64,000 bases of DNA. Origin: Oopsacas minuta. Lineage: Eukaryota; Animalia; Porifera. The notes under the pieces are model-generated. The model searched no databases and had not been told where the DNA came from. It saw only the letters and a list, made by a program, of their open reading frames with translations. Location of the stretch: contig JAKMXF010000144.1 of assembly GCA_024704765.1 (NCBI GenBank), forward strand, positions 434,001 to 498,000, in the 5' to 3' direction. This document shows positions 48,401 to 58,155 of this stretch, in pieces (the first letter of the stretch is position 1; each line of letters opens with the position of its first letter). The translations under genes and the position numbers were made by a program.

Positions 48401-49579
48401 ATGTATAACTCAGTTATAATTTACTAATTTCCTGAGGAATACTTTCTTAGATTATATTTTCCGGGTTAAGCAAATAATATACAAATCTATATTTCTCCAC
48501 AAATTTACCGTATTTATAATATTGCAGTAGACAGCTCAACACATACAATACACCACAAACTTTGACGATCTTTTGAAATAATAATTGGTCGCTCAATTGC
48601 ATTATATCATTCATTATCATAACCGATATTAACAGATAATGATGTGATACTATTCTCTGTCGCTAATTAGACAAAACTGGCTTTCAATGGAATGTTGTAA
48701 CAACCAATTACCAACTAAAGTATAATGTTTATGTAAGAGATAATTCGATTGAACTCAAAGATTGAAATCTTATACGAGACTGATACTAAACCCACACACA
48801 ATAGCGAGCCTAAAATGGACAAGATAACAAAACAATTATAATAATTATCATAATCTCAGGTAACAAAAGACAACAGAGAAGAACTATTGTCAGCATGTAC
48901 TCCAGAAGAGAAGGAGATAATGAGATTGCCCACTTTACAATCTCCTTACATACTCAACTATAGTACACAAGGAGAGATGAGATTCTCTGGGTCTGTGAGG
49001 AGTGTTTTGGAGAGCTATGTGATATCTAGAGGGATACTTACTGGTATTCTATTCAAATGTGGTGGAACCTTGCTTTATTCAGATGAGGTGAGTAGTTAGT
49101 AAATCCTTGGGGTTTCTTCAGGAGCCACCAACTTGGTTCATTTATATGCTGAATGCTCTATTTTATGCTAGGTTGCGCATCTAGTAGTAGTATGCTGTAG
49201 AGAGGATCCTATAGTGGAATTCCTACCTGACCTTCCTTCTAATTCCCCTTTCACTCCTAACCATCTGCTATTCTCTGATCACGAAGCTTCTGGGTCACAC
49301 GCCACCATTCAAATAAATTACCTCAAGAAAACAGGAAAGGAAGGTATATGGGACCATACACTGCTAGCTTTCTACCTACCAGAGGGCCAGGGGATAGTAT
49401 TGGAATCAGGACAGTATCAATGCGGTATCACTGTACACTCAAGTTGTTCTGTTAGGCCAATGGAGTGTCCAGAAGCTTCTAACGATCCCTTCAAATCCAT
49501 TTCAAAATCCCGAAATCTCGGAAAAGTGATAAAGATAATAACAGATGAAGCAGATCGTAAAAAACTCAAGAAATGGTAA
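45417..49579 (+). CDS. Uncharacterised 354-aa protein; 5 exons (45417-45445, 45499-45537, 45678-46038, 48860-49087, 49172-49579)
   Basis: All junctions are GT-AG and phase-compatible (2,2,0,0); the total of 1065 nt has no internal stop. Motifs LTHCCHVEEALRI, QWCFF, GEMRFSGSVRSVLESY, GGTLLYSDE|VAHLVVVC, WDHTLLAFY. Confidence 0.7.
46404..48194 (-). CDS. Band 4.1/EPB41-like FERM protein with FERM-adjacent domain; single-exon CDS, nested
   Basis: CCKHLHIEEVDYFSL; HFGVKYY; ALYIQSELGDYE; EMYGMHL; IGVHPHGI; WDIVTKLEAKRRKFII; IWRLAAEHHYFF; GSRFRYSGRT. The start may extend to an upstream exon. Confidence 0.88.
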   Translation of the reverse strand: MTEKYTVYFYHGTKEEFEIPRKSKIQALFDQCCKHLHIEEVDYFSLFVHDQRGKVFWLNSDKSIRKQLTPVLRDNIHFGVKYYHMDPTQVYSEETRLYFVHQVIDDIRAKHYTLSEKDLNIITALYIQSELGDYEEGTNIPGYTKDYFLFNFQSPDCEDDIVAEHKATAGRTPGQCENEILSMVKQQEMYGMHLNVGYLQVGKGQRPVQIGVHPHGITILDDEFAKLYDLPWDIVTKLEAKRRKFIIRAKGVLETETKDVVEKEEGAVPPTKEEGATNVDKDVIEAPATNEDPEQTKLSVEEALEDPPVEAASPVATENADVTTDETKQSPAHVEDPAVTEEISPAPEQPTINEEPTPKQKQVTKSKKREPITVLKFIISERTYVKDIWRLAAEHHYFFNRVPTRQPRFSFVRIGSRFRYSGRTFRQSQKDFSERKFDPIDPDVRVRMSQRRKRQSVNNDETEDSSYPGYVKARESFRRERVESGTNGDVAEKADTNEIVVENNPVEIPEPGTQEALLQKDVTDKFLDNEFQEAAKQTEGDDLPAAPSQNELIPENGDMADYPPPPKEHEEMVSGDTKVVETAVANEATPAVSNEQ

Positions 49580-49784
49580 CCCGTTCTCTTACAATTAATC
49601 ATATATTATCCAAAGACAGCAGTAATAATCACCTATTTATTTCCAAAAACATTAATATTTATATATTTTTATTTACTAGCAATGTAGCATTATACTTTCG
49701 TATTCTGAATTATTATTATTTACATAACAAAATAAACACAGTAATCTTGGTTGTTTTCTCTTTTAGATAGTCTATTCTTACCAG

Positions 49785-52700
49785 TTACTTCCCCTCGACG
49801 TATACTTTTATCTGTTTTTCTATTTTTGAGAGTTTCTCTATCAATGCTGTGCCTAGAGCCTCGTCAACTTCAAATTCAACATTTTTATCCTAAAAACAAA
49901 GATTTTAGATTTCCTGTTTAGATAGAAATCAAATTTTGGCGGAAATTCCAGGGCTAAAATATCAAAATATTTCTGAGAATATTACTTACAGTTTTCGCAT
50001 CAGGTTTCCCCAATTTAAGCTGTAGAATTCCAATTGGGTCTGTCATCTGTTCTACTGACTTAGAACGACTTTTCACATCAACTCTCCAGCTGACAGACTT
50101 TAGCTTAGTTCCCCAATGACTATTTGAAATAACTACTTCATGTATCTACAGATGAATTAATTTCCTTAATAAATATTAGGTAATATATGTGAATAAATAA
50201 ATGGCTGTAAAGAGTCCACCAATTAGCCCAGATCTACTCGCCGCATCCCTCGACATTCTTTTCCAAGATTTGATAGATCAAGAATCTAAATCAGTGTATT
50301 TTGAGTTACACAGAGCAATCAAGCTAGGCTACTACACAGCACTGTATCCCCCTACTGATCCTATTCTTAAACAAACAGCTCAATCTGTAACCACTACACC
50401 GGTAGTGGATATATTCGGACAAGGTCAAAGTGCAAAGAAAGTAGTAGATTGTATCTGTCCGCAGTGTAAACGAACATTAGCTGCTACGAGGCTTGCACCA
50501 CATCTAGAAAAATGTATGGGGATGGGAAGGAATAGCAGTCGCATAGCTAGTCGACGGATACAGGCCTCGGGGAGACAAGCTGCTATATTAGGCGATCAAG
50601 AACCTGAAAATGAGTATGAATCAGATGAATACGTACCCAATGATTCAAAAAAGCAGAAGTTTAATTCAAATCTTAAGAATAATAGAAAAATACAAAAAGA
50701 GAAAAAATAATATATTTATGATTGTAAATCTCTAGAAATTATATATATTAATATATTTATATTTTACCTCGGGGAAAGGGAATTATCATTTTTGCTATAT
50801 TTTATCTATTATTTCATGCAACTGACAGATATGTACTCTACCTTAGAAACACGGACTAGTGGTAAATCTATCCCCAGCTCATTAGGAAAACAAGTCACAG
50901 TAGTTGGCCGTGTCTCACAGCTTGGTGGTAGCAATTTGAAACTGGTAACGCATGATGACAAGACTATTACAGTAAAGTTCTCAAGCAGTAGCTCACTACC
51001 AACACAGGATAGCATCGTGGAGGTTATAGGCACTGTATTACCCGATCAAACGATACAAAGTACTGCTTATCTTATCTTTGAAGAAGACTTTGACTTAACA
51101 ATGTATGATGAAGCAATGAAACTAGTAGATAAACTGCCAATATTCAAATGAACATCATCACTTACTTTGGATCTGTTTGCCTTCCAAAAGTCTTCAATAG
51201 ATTTAGCCTCATTCTCTGTCATGGAGTTCTAGAAATTACAAAAAAGTTAATTCTATCATTTCTGTATTTATTTGCAAATAAAATCAGTAAACTCTCATTT
51301 TAACGAAGTGCTCGGGACCCCGGTTTCATTTAATTATAAGCGGAGTAAAATCGATTACTTTCTAGCTGTAGGGGGTAAGAATCACTTCGTTATAACTGGA
51401 GTTTCGTTATATCCGACTTGGTTATAACGAGAGAGTTTACTGTATTTTCAGAAAATTATTCACCAAAATAGATTGCAGATTAATAGTGAAAATAATTACT
51501 AAATCTGGGATGATTGTAGTATGAATGGGGATGACAATACCGACAACTTAGCTACTCTCCCTCAAATAACCGGTCAGACAATAACCACTACACTAACTTC
51601 ACGATATACGTCACAAAAAATCTACACTCGTATCGGCGATATCCTCATCGCACTCAATCCTTTTGAGGATTTAGACTTATACTCTGACGAGGCCATTAGT
51701 GAATATTCAACACACCCGGAGATCTATTCACTTCCCCCTCATATTTATTCCATATCACAGGATTCATTCAATTGTTTAAAGGATAAAGGTCATAATCAGT
51801 GTTGTGTGATAAGCGGAGAGAGTGGATCTGGTAAAACCGAGACAGCTAAATTACTGATGACATTTCTAAGTCATTCTTGTGAAACTCTAGTACAACATCT
51901 ACCAGAGCAATGTCATAATATGAATCCATTGATTGAAGCGTTTGGTAACGCGAAAACTGTTATGAATGCTAATTCCAGTAGATTCGGGAAATACGTGGAG
52001 TTACAGTTTACTTCAGTAGGAGAGCTAGTTGGAGCTAATATAACTGAATACCTGCTAGAGAAGAGTCGTGTCATATCACACGCTGAAGGAGAACAGAATT
52101 TTCATATTTTCTATTATCTATACGCTGGACTCACGCCTGAATACTTGAGTAAACTTAAGCTAGACATCTCAAGTAATCACCGGTATTTAGCTTCTAACAG
52201 TGTAGACACCGTGATACTCAATGACGTCACTAACCAGAAGATGTGGAGAGATAAGTTCCAGGAAATTGTGCACTGTTTTTCTACACTCGGTTTCTCCCGC
52301 GAATTATTGTTTCAAATGCTATCCATACTTATAACCATACTATACATTGGGGACATAGAGTTCGAAATGGATGAGGAAGATTACGCTGTTATAGCTAATC
52401 CGTCCTTACTGATAAAAGTAGCAGGAATCCTGGGAGTAACCACACGCAAACTAGAATATGTATTGACTACAATTGTTAATACGATAAAAGGAGGAGAGAT
52501 TATTTGTAAGAAATGTTCAGTAGATAAAGCATCAGCTCTGAGAGATGCAACGGCTAAGGCAATATATAGTCGGTTGTTTTCATGGATAATAGCTCAGATA
52601 AACGCGTCTCTAGGCAAGGACCATTGGTCAGGGAGAGTTATAAGTGTGCTGGATATATTCGGGTTCGAGAACTTTAAATCTAACTATTTTGAACAGTTAT

Positions 52701-55700
52701 GTATCGACACAGCCAACGAACAACTGCAATTCTATTTCAATCAGCATATATTCGCGTGGGAGGTTGATGAATACAAATCTGAGAATATTCCTCTTGAAAA
52801 TATAGAATTTGTAAACAATAAACACATATGTGATATGCTATTGAAACGACCAGGTGGGATATTCTCATTGCTAGATGAAGAGAGTGTATTTCCGAAGGCG
52901 AATGATCAAACATTTTTAGATAAAATAAAGACTCATTGCAAGGATAGTGAAGGAATTTTGAAATTCTCACGAGCGAATAATCTCAGCTTCAAGATTAGAC
53001 ATTTTGCGGGGGATGTCGAGTACTCTTGTCAGGATATTCTAGAGAAAAACCGCGATACTCTAAGTGACAACATAGTACAACTACTGGAGACCTGTGAACA
53101 TTATCTAATCCGCGAGTTATTCACCAAAAGCTCTCTCACTCGCATCGGCAATCTTCAAATAAAGAGCAAATATCTAAACTGCCCTAAGCGTTCACACAGT
53201 ATGAAGAAGACATGGGGTAGAGCTACTAATCGTACACATAGTATACGACAACCAATCAAGAAGAAAACGTCTAAAGTAAGTGGTAGTGGTAGCTTGATTA
53301 TCAGTGGTCCACCCCCTACAGTAGGACTAATGTTCAGGAACTCTCTGTGTGACCTAATGGAGAAAATGCTATCATGTACTCCTCATTTTATACGATGTAT
53401 TAAACCTAATCAAAGGAACTTTCCAGGAGAAGTTGATAAGGATTTTATTGAGAGACAGCTAAGAAGCACTGGTGTACTGGAAACAGTTAGAATAAGACAA
53501 TCTGGCTACTCATTCAGACCTGAATTTGCTACATTTCTAAGGAGCTACGGACAGCTGGTATTTCAATTCACTGCAAATCCTCAAGCAAATAAGGAGAACT
53601 GTAGTACTGTACTGAGGAAGCTGGGGATAGAAGATTGGATGATGGGAGAAACTAAAGTATTTCTAAAGTACTACCATTCAGCACAGCTTGATAAACTGAA
53701 TGAGAATCAACTTACGAGTATAGTAACTGTTCAGAAAATAGCTAGAAGTTATCTAGCTAGACATACCATCAAGAGGATGAAGATCAATGCTAATTGTGAA
53801 GAGACGATAATTGGGGAATTGTGTCAACAAATTGAGCGAGAGGGAGAGCAGGTAATGACAGAGCTCAATAGAGTTTGTTCTAAAGATAGTCAAGCCTTTA
53901 TCTCATTAACTTTTAGGAGTATATCTTCATTAAATATCCCAGATGTGTCTCCATGTACAACGCCAGCAGATTCTCCAGAATTGGTCTCACCCCCTCTCGA
54001 GTGTCTTATCTCCTTCCCTCCTGCTCCTTCTATTTCAGATTTATTCCATCAACTACCAGAACTCGCGGAATCTAACACGTTAGTTTCTAGCACTAGTTTT
54101 GATATTCGTACTGTCCGAGAAGCAGATGAGGAAAGATTCTCAGAATACTTTGAAGCAGAGAATCTTCCACCTAAACTACGATCTTGCAACTCATTTGGCC
54201 TTCCGTTCACTCCGGTTATTAACAAGAAAAGATTAAGCAGATACTCAGTTACACGCTCCAGCAGTAAAAATAGTTTTGATGAAGATATTCAAATAACAGA
54301 CAAGAGAAGTTTATCGGAATCTGACAGTTTTGTATCAAAACAAATAAAATCAGATAACAAAAATACAAGAATACATACCCAACCTACCCCATGTCCTTAC
54401 ACAAGGGAAAACGGAGAGATTCGTAACTGGCTCCGTATTCTATGCAGTGTAGAGCCTGTTAATAAAGTTAGCGAGTTCTTAATCTCACAACCTTCAATTA
54501 TTATTAATGGCAACAAAAACATGTTTGATCCCACAACTCTAAGCTTAGGTACTATATTAAACCCTAGGAAGAAAGGAAATGGCTATTTCGGTAAAGGCAT
54601 AGAGATATTCAGAGATATGTCTGGTGACGTGTATTGTAAGAGACTGAGTAAGAATCCTATTACATTGCTTAACTTTGAAAAGAAGAATTTCTATAGCAAA
54701 AAGTTATCCGCGTTGAATGGTGTTCTCCCCTTAAACGAATTAGTCAAATTAATCGATTTTAAGAAGTGTTGTGAGTTTGCGAATGAGGCTAGCGGATCAG
54801 GTGTTGTTGTCTTCACACCTGTCGAGACAATATGGGGACTCAAGCTCAAATTCCAATTGCACAAAAATGAAACCATGATACCTAATATTGAGATTCACTT
54901 CCTAGAGGCAATTGATTATTATAAAAAGCATTATCTGAAGCGGCCAATTGAAAGTATAGGCTCATTTACAACTGATGGTAGTATAGGCAGTGATGGAGAG
55001 AGTCAAGCGATTGAAGAAACAAATACGAGAGAAGGGGCGAGCATTTGGGTTGATATTTACCGTACACATAACAAGAAACATAATAGATCAGTACGACGCA
55101 GAAATGTATTAGAAAGCAGTGTATTTATGTCAGAGAATACAGATACTGATATATCTCACATAGAAATAGAAAAGTATATACCTCCTGAAAAGAATACCAG
55201 TATTAAATCTAAAACTCCCGTATTCAGAAGGAAAAATAAAGCTTCTAAACGAGCAGCTATCAACACACAGAGTCAAGATATAGATCAGCTACTAAGTCAC
55301 ACAGATAGCATCCTAATTGATAGTTCTACTCCTCGTCCTAAAAGCACAGAACTTGACTTAGCAGTACTTAATATCCCAGAAATAAAAATATCTAATGAAG
55401 AGGACAAGATAACATCGAAAGAGACAAGACGCCGTCCAACTGATTTACCCAGTGGGAAGATAACATATACTAGCGTAAGGAGGAGAAACCGTGAAGCAGA
55501 GAGGAATAGAATTCATGAAGGTAATTTCTCACCTGTATCCCCCTCCAGAGATGAGAACCGTCCACTACATCTACTAGCTCAGCCTAATGTACAGCAACAC
55601 TACTCCCAGTTCCATGAAGGTAACGTAACAGCTGCTCAGTTACAAAATGCTAAGATAATACAATTACATGAAGCATTCCTTCAGCAAGCTAACGAGCTTA

Positions 55701-56477
55701 CAAAGATGAAAGGAGTGATATTTTCATCAGGAATACCTAAACAGAGAATCGAACAGTCACCTCCAAACTTAGGAATGTTGACAAGGAAAAAATGGCATAA
55801 ACCAATGACAGAGAATGTAGTAGAGAAGAGACCTATTCTCTCAAGAGCAACAAAACGTGTAAATAAATTGAAATAATGTATAAATTTCTTAATTTTTTGT
55901 GTACAAATTGTATGTAATAATAATTTGTTGAATGAGCTAATATTAAACTTTTGTATAAAGTCAGTCACTGAATAGTGTTTCTTATGAAATTAGGTAACAA
56001 GAACTAAGCAGTAATTACCACCTGGCGCTATAATTGCAATTTTATTTAACAGCCACAAATGAGTGGGTAGCCAAATGGAAATGTGGTTCAAAGCTTTTGG
56101 TTGTTGCAGTGTTGATTACTTTTAGCTGAGTAGGTTGTAATATTGTATAATACATGTAGAATTAGGTATTTGACCTGTCTCTTATTCTTCTGTGAAGTGA
56201 GGTAAGCAGTCAATTGAGTAAAATCCATATCCACACTGACTAGTGCTTGTAATACACCTGTGTATCTCTTCTTGAATGCTTCATAATCTACCAACACACG
56301 CATGCTGTAGGTTATTTGACCAAAATTATCAAACATAAAGTTTAAAGAATAAAACTAACTGGTAGATCCTAGCTGGTTGGCATATTCCTCCATTTCTTGA
56401 GTCTCCTCATTATCATCGTACAATACTTTACTCAGTTCTGTCAGATATACTGCCAGCACATCTCCCTTCTCTGCCAT
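49785..56477 (-). CDS. COMMD1: COMM domain-containing protein 1; 5 exons (56477-56360, 56287-56175, 51228-51166, 50145-49990, 49889-49785), 184 aa
   Basis: The spliced 555-nt frame reads MAEKGDVL...TGVLQALVSVDMDFTQLTAYLTSQ..|..IEDFWKANRSK|IHEVVISNSHWGTKLKSVSWRVDVKSRSK...PIGILQLKLG..|DKNVEFEVDE...KLSKIEKQI. This is colinear with COMMD1 (SADMDFNQLEAFLTAQ, KFWK, LSWRVDGKSQSR). All junctions are GT-AG. Confidence 0.9.
50201..50710 (+). CDS. ATXN7L3: Ataxin-7-like 3 / SAGA DUB subunit SGF11; nested in COMMD1 intron 3
   Basis: FELHRAIKLG; DIFGQ; CICPQCKRTLAATRLAPHLEKCMGMGRNSSRIASRRI zinc finger. Confidence 0.93.
   Translation: MAVKSPPISPDLLAASLDILFQDLIDQESKSVYFELHRAIKLGYYTALYPPTDPILKQTAQSVTTTPVVDIFGQGQSAKKVVDCICPQCKRTLAATRLAPHLEKCMGMGRNSSRIASRRIQASGRQAAILGDQEPENEYESDEYVPNDSKKQKFNSNLKNNRKIQKEKK
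50831..51151 (+). CDS. RPA3: Replication protein A 14-kDa subunit; nested in COMMD1 intron 3
   Basis: OB-fold pattern GKQVTVVGRV...IVEVIGTV...FDLTMYDEAMKL; an alternative ATG lies at 50816. Confidence 0.85.
   Translation: MYSTLETRTSGKSIPSSLGKQVTVVGRVSQLGGSNLKLVTHDDKTITVKFSSSSSLPTQDSIVEVIGTVLPDQTIQSTAYLIFEEDFDLTMYDEAMKLVDKLPIFK
51285..51442. mobile_element. Tigger/pogo-like MITE immediately upstream of the myosin ATG
   Basis: CAGTAAACTCTCATTTTAACGAA...GTTATAACGAGAGAGTTTACTG-TA inverted termini. Confidence 0.7.
51521..55876 (+). CDS. Unconventional myosin (class III-like head without kinase, one IQ) with MH2-like tail domain; single exon, nested in COMMD1 intron 2
   Basis: GESGSGKT P-loop, NANSSRFGK switch I, DIFGFE switch II, PHFIRCIKPN; IQ-like VQKIARSYLAR; MH2-like segment at ~54425-54920. 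Confidence 0.92.
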   Translation: MNGDDNTDNLATLPQITGQTITTTLTSRYTSQKIYTRIGDILIALNPFEDLDLYSDEAISEYSTHPEIYSLPPHIYSISQDSFNCLKDKGHNQCCVISGESGSGKTETAKLLMTFLSHSCETLVQHLPEQCHNMNPLIEAFGNAKTVMNANSSRFGKYVELQFTSVGELVGANITEYLLEKSRVISHAEGEQNFHIFYYLYAGLTPEYLSKLKLDISSNHRYLASNSVDTVILNDVTNQKMWRDKFQEIVHCFSTLGFSRELLFQMLSILITILYIGDIEFEMDEEDYAVIANPSLLIKVAGILGVTTRKLEYVLTTIVNTIKGGEIICKKCSVDKASALRDATAKAIYSRLFSWIIAQINASLGKDHWSGRVISVLDIFGFENFKSNYFEQLCIDTANEQLQFYFNQHIFAWEVDEYKSENIPLENIEFVNNKHICDMLLKRPGGIFSLLDEESVFPKANDQTFLDKIKTHCKDSEGILKFSRANNLSFKIRHFAGDVEYSCQDILEKNRDTLSDNIVQLLETCEHYLIRELFTKSSLTRIGNLQIKSKYLNCPKRSHSMKKTWGRATNRTHSIRQPIKKKTSKVSGSGSLIISGPPPTVGLMFRNSLCDLMEKMLSCTPHFIRCIKPNQRNFPGEVDKDFIERQLRSTGVLETVRIRQSGYSFRPEFATFLRSYGQLVFQFTANPQANKENCSTVLRKLGIEDWMMGETKVFLKYYHSAQLDKLNENQLTSIVTVQKIARSYLARHTIKRMKINANCEETIIGELCQQIEREGEQVMTELNRVCSKDSQAFISLTFRSISSLNIPDVSPCTTPADSPELVSPPLECLISFPPAPSISDLFHQLPELAESNTLVSSTSFDIRTVREADEERFSEYFEAENLPPKLRSCNSFGLPFTPVINKKRLSRYSVTRSSSKNSFDEDIQITDKRSLSESDSFVSKQIKSDNKNTRIHTQPTPCPYTRENGEIRNWLRILCSVEPVNKVSEFLISQPSIIINGNKNMFDPTTLSLGTILNPRKKGNGYFGKGIEIFRDMSGDVYCKRLSKNPITLLNFEKKNFYSKKLSALNGVLPLNELVKLIDFKKCCEFANEASGSGVVVFTPVETIWGLKLKFQLHKNETMIPNIEIHFLEAIDYYKKHYLKRPIESIGSFTTDGSIGSDGESQAIEETNTREGASIWVDIYRTHNKKHNRSVRRRNVLESSVFMSENTDTDISHIEIEKYIPPEKNTSIKSKTPVFRRKNKASKRAAINTQSQDIDQLLSHTDSILIDSSTPRPKSTELDLAVLNIPEIKISNEEDKITSKETRRRPTDLPSGKITYTSVRRRNREAERNRIHEGNFSPVSPSRDENRPLHLLAQPNVQQHYSQFHEGNVTAAQLQNAKIIQLHEAFLQQANELTKMKGVIFSSGIPKQRIEQSPPNLGMLTRKKWHKPMTENVVEKRPILSRATKRVNKLK

Positions 56478-56665
56478 ATTTTACTATATCTAATGTTGGA
56501 ATTATTACAATTTAGGTTTCACCTGAATGAACTGCTGTGAACTTTGGCCGAAGTCGGAAAAAATTTCTAAATTTCTATGACAGAAGTGCAAGTTCTTACA
56601 TAAATCTAGGAGGTGAGAACTATTAGTTATATTTATTTATAGCTATTCTCTTTTATTTATTAATA

Positions 56666-56829
56666 AGGGGATTAGCGCGAACGCAGATCCCCACTTTCAA
56701 AAATAACGCCCCCGAGTTTCCCCATTTTGGGGAAATCGCAAGCTTCAGCTATAAGCGGAGTGCAATGCTCAAGCCTCTTCTTGGGAGTAAAGCCTCGTTG
56801 ATCACTTTATCTCCTGGGCCAGGTAAGTT
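56666..56829 (-). ncRNA. RNU1: U1 spliceosomal snRNA
   Basis: Reverse complement reads AACTTACCTGG...GATCAACGAG (U1-70K loop)...ATTGCACTCC (U1A loop)...GCGATTTCCCCAAAATGGGGAAACTCG...ATTTTTG (Sm site)...GGGGATCTGCGTTCGCGCTAATCCCC (SL4); about 164 nt. Confidence 0.96.
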
Positions 56830-57165
56830 AACTCACAACAGAAAATTTAGGATTTATATCTGTTCATTGTAAAACGATTAAGGGTCTATATTAATTCCAA
56901 CTAATTTGTAACTACACTATGGATTTTATGCTGGAAAAGGAATGTTTTACGAGCAAATTGTATTATAAATTAACATAAGTAATCGAGAGAAACTGGATAG
57001 CTCTTTCCCACCAGCCCAAATGATTTTCAATGGATTTCTTACATCTTTCTACCCTAAAATATCCCAAAATATAGCAAATAATACAGGGAACCGGGAGGGT
57101 TGGAATAACTTGGAAAGTTTGCAAGCAGCAAGAATATGATTACAAACTAACAGACTAATGAGATA

Positions 57166-57594
57166 TTAATATCCAGCAATCATAGCATATAATGTAAAAT
57201 AAAGATAAATAAAAAACACACAGAGATGATAACCTAGCTTGATAAACGTATCTCTAGTCGCAGTATACAGATTACCCCTATTTCTAATCTCAGTGGGGTC
57301 ATACATACCCATAGCATCTTTGGGTAATTTAACAAATCTGTATATTAGAAAACCAGAAAACGGAGCTGCAAATATGATAAACAATACGTAATGCCATGAT
57401 AGAAGTAGAAATATAGAGATAACACAATGTGATACTATCTCTGGGATAACGAATCTATTCAATCTTTGACAACATGCCTTACTGTTAAGATAATCACACT
57501 CTAGGTCAGATAACATTATCACAAAGTATACTGTAAGGAATAGGAGACATGTTGTTATCACGAGACATAGCAGGAATATTATGGGGTCTGGCAT
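57166..57594 (-). CDS. CNIH4: Cornichon family cargo receptor (CNIH4-like); single exon
   Basis: VYFVIMLSDLECDYLNSKACCQRLN..VIPE; YDPTEI.NRG; FIKLGYHL..FFIYLY. Confidence 0.92.
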   Translation of the reverse strand: MPDPIIFLLCLVITTCLLFLTVYFVIMLSDLECDYLNSKACCQRLNRFVIPEIVSHCVISIFLLLSWHYVLFIIFAAPFSGFLIYRFVKLPKDAMGMYDPTEIRNRGNLYTATRDTFIKLGYHLCVFFIYLYFTLYAMIAGY

Positions 57595-58155
57595 GTGTAA
57601 GTGCTAATCTTAGTAACCGATACAATATCAATAAGAATAAATATAATAGCATTTGAAAATGATCATTCAATTGAACATGTAAACACATTGTTTCTTTGTA
57701 AACATATATAGACAGCGTTAAATACGTGATGTAGGAATAGCGTAGTGTATTCAGTTAATTATGGACAGATGGCAGATTTCTATTCATTATTACGGTTAGT
57801 TAATTTTTCCGAAACAAAGAGATCCATACTTCACACATGGTAATCTGCGTGATTATGATTATCTTATTAGACAAAGGATTTATTTGCATCAATAGCCAGT
57901 AAAACAGTCTGGACCCTTGTACAATTATAAACCCCAAGAGGGTAAAATGTTTGTTCAGAATACATAGATTTCACGTAAACATGATGGTAATGTAAAATAT
58001 AAATAATTCAATGAAAAGTTTAATAATGAATTGTGAGAACGAAAAGAATCTAATTTCTCTAATTATAAATACAAGAGAAGTAATCAAATAATTCCTTAAA
58101 CAGAATAATGAAAATCAAATTATTTATGAATTGAATAAAATAAAATAAAATAAAA

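Noticed and set aside
56042-56477. Stand-alone small 3-exon gene ending at 56042
   Set aside because: Exons 1-2 are the COMMD1 N-terminus and splice in frame to 51228; the putative third exon has no homology support.
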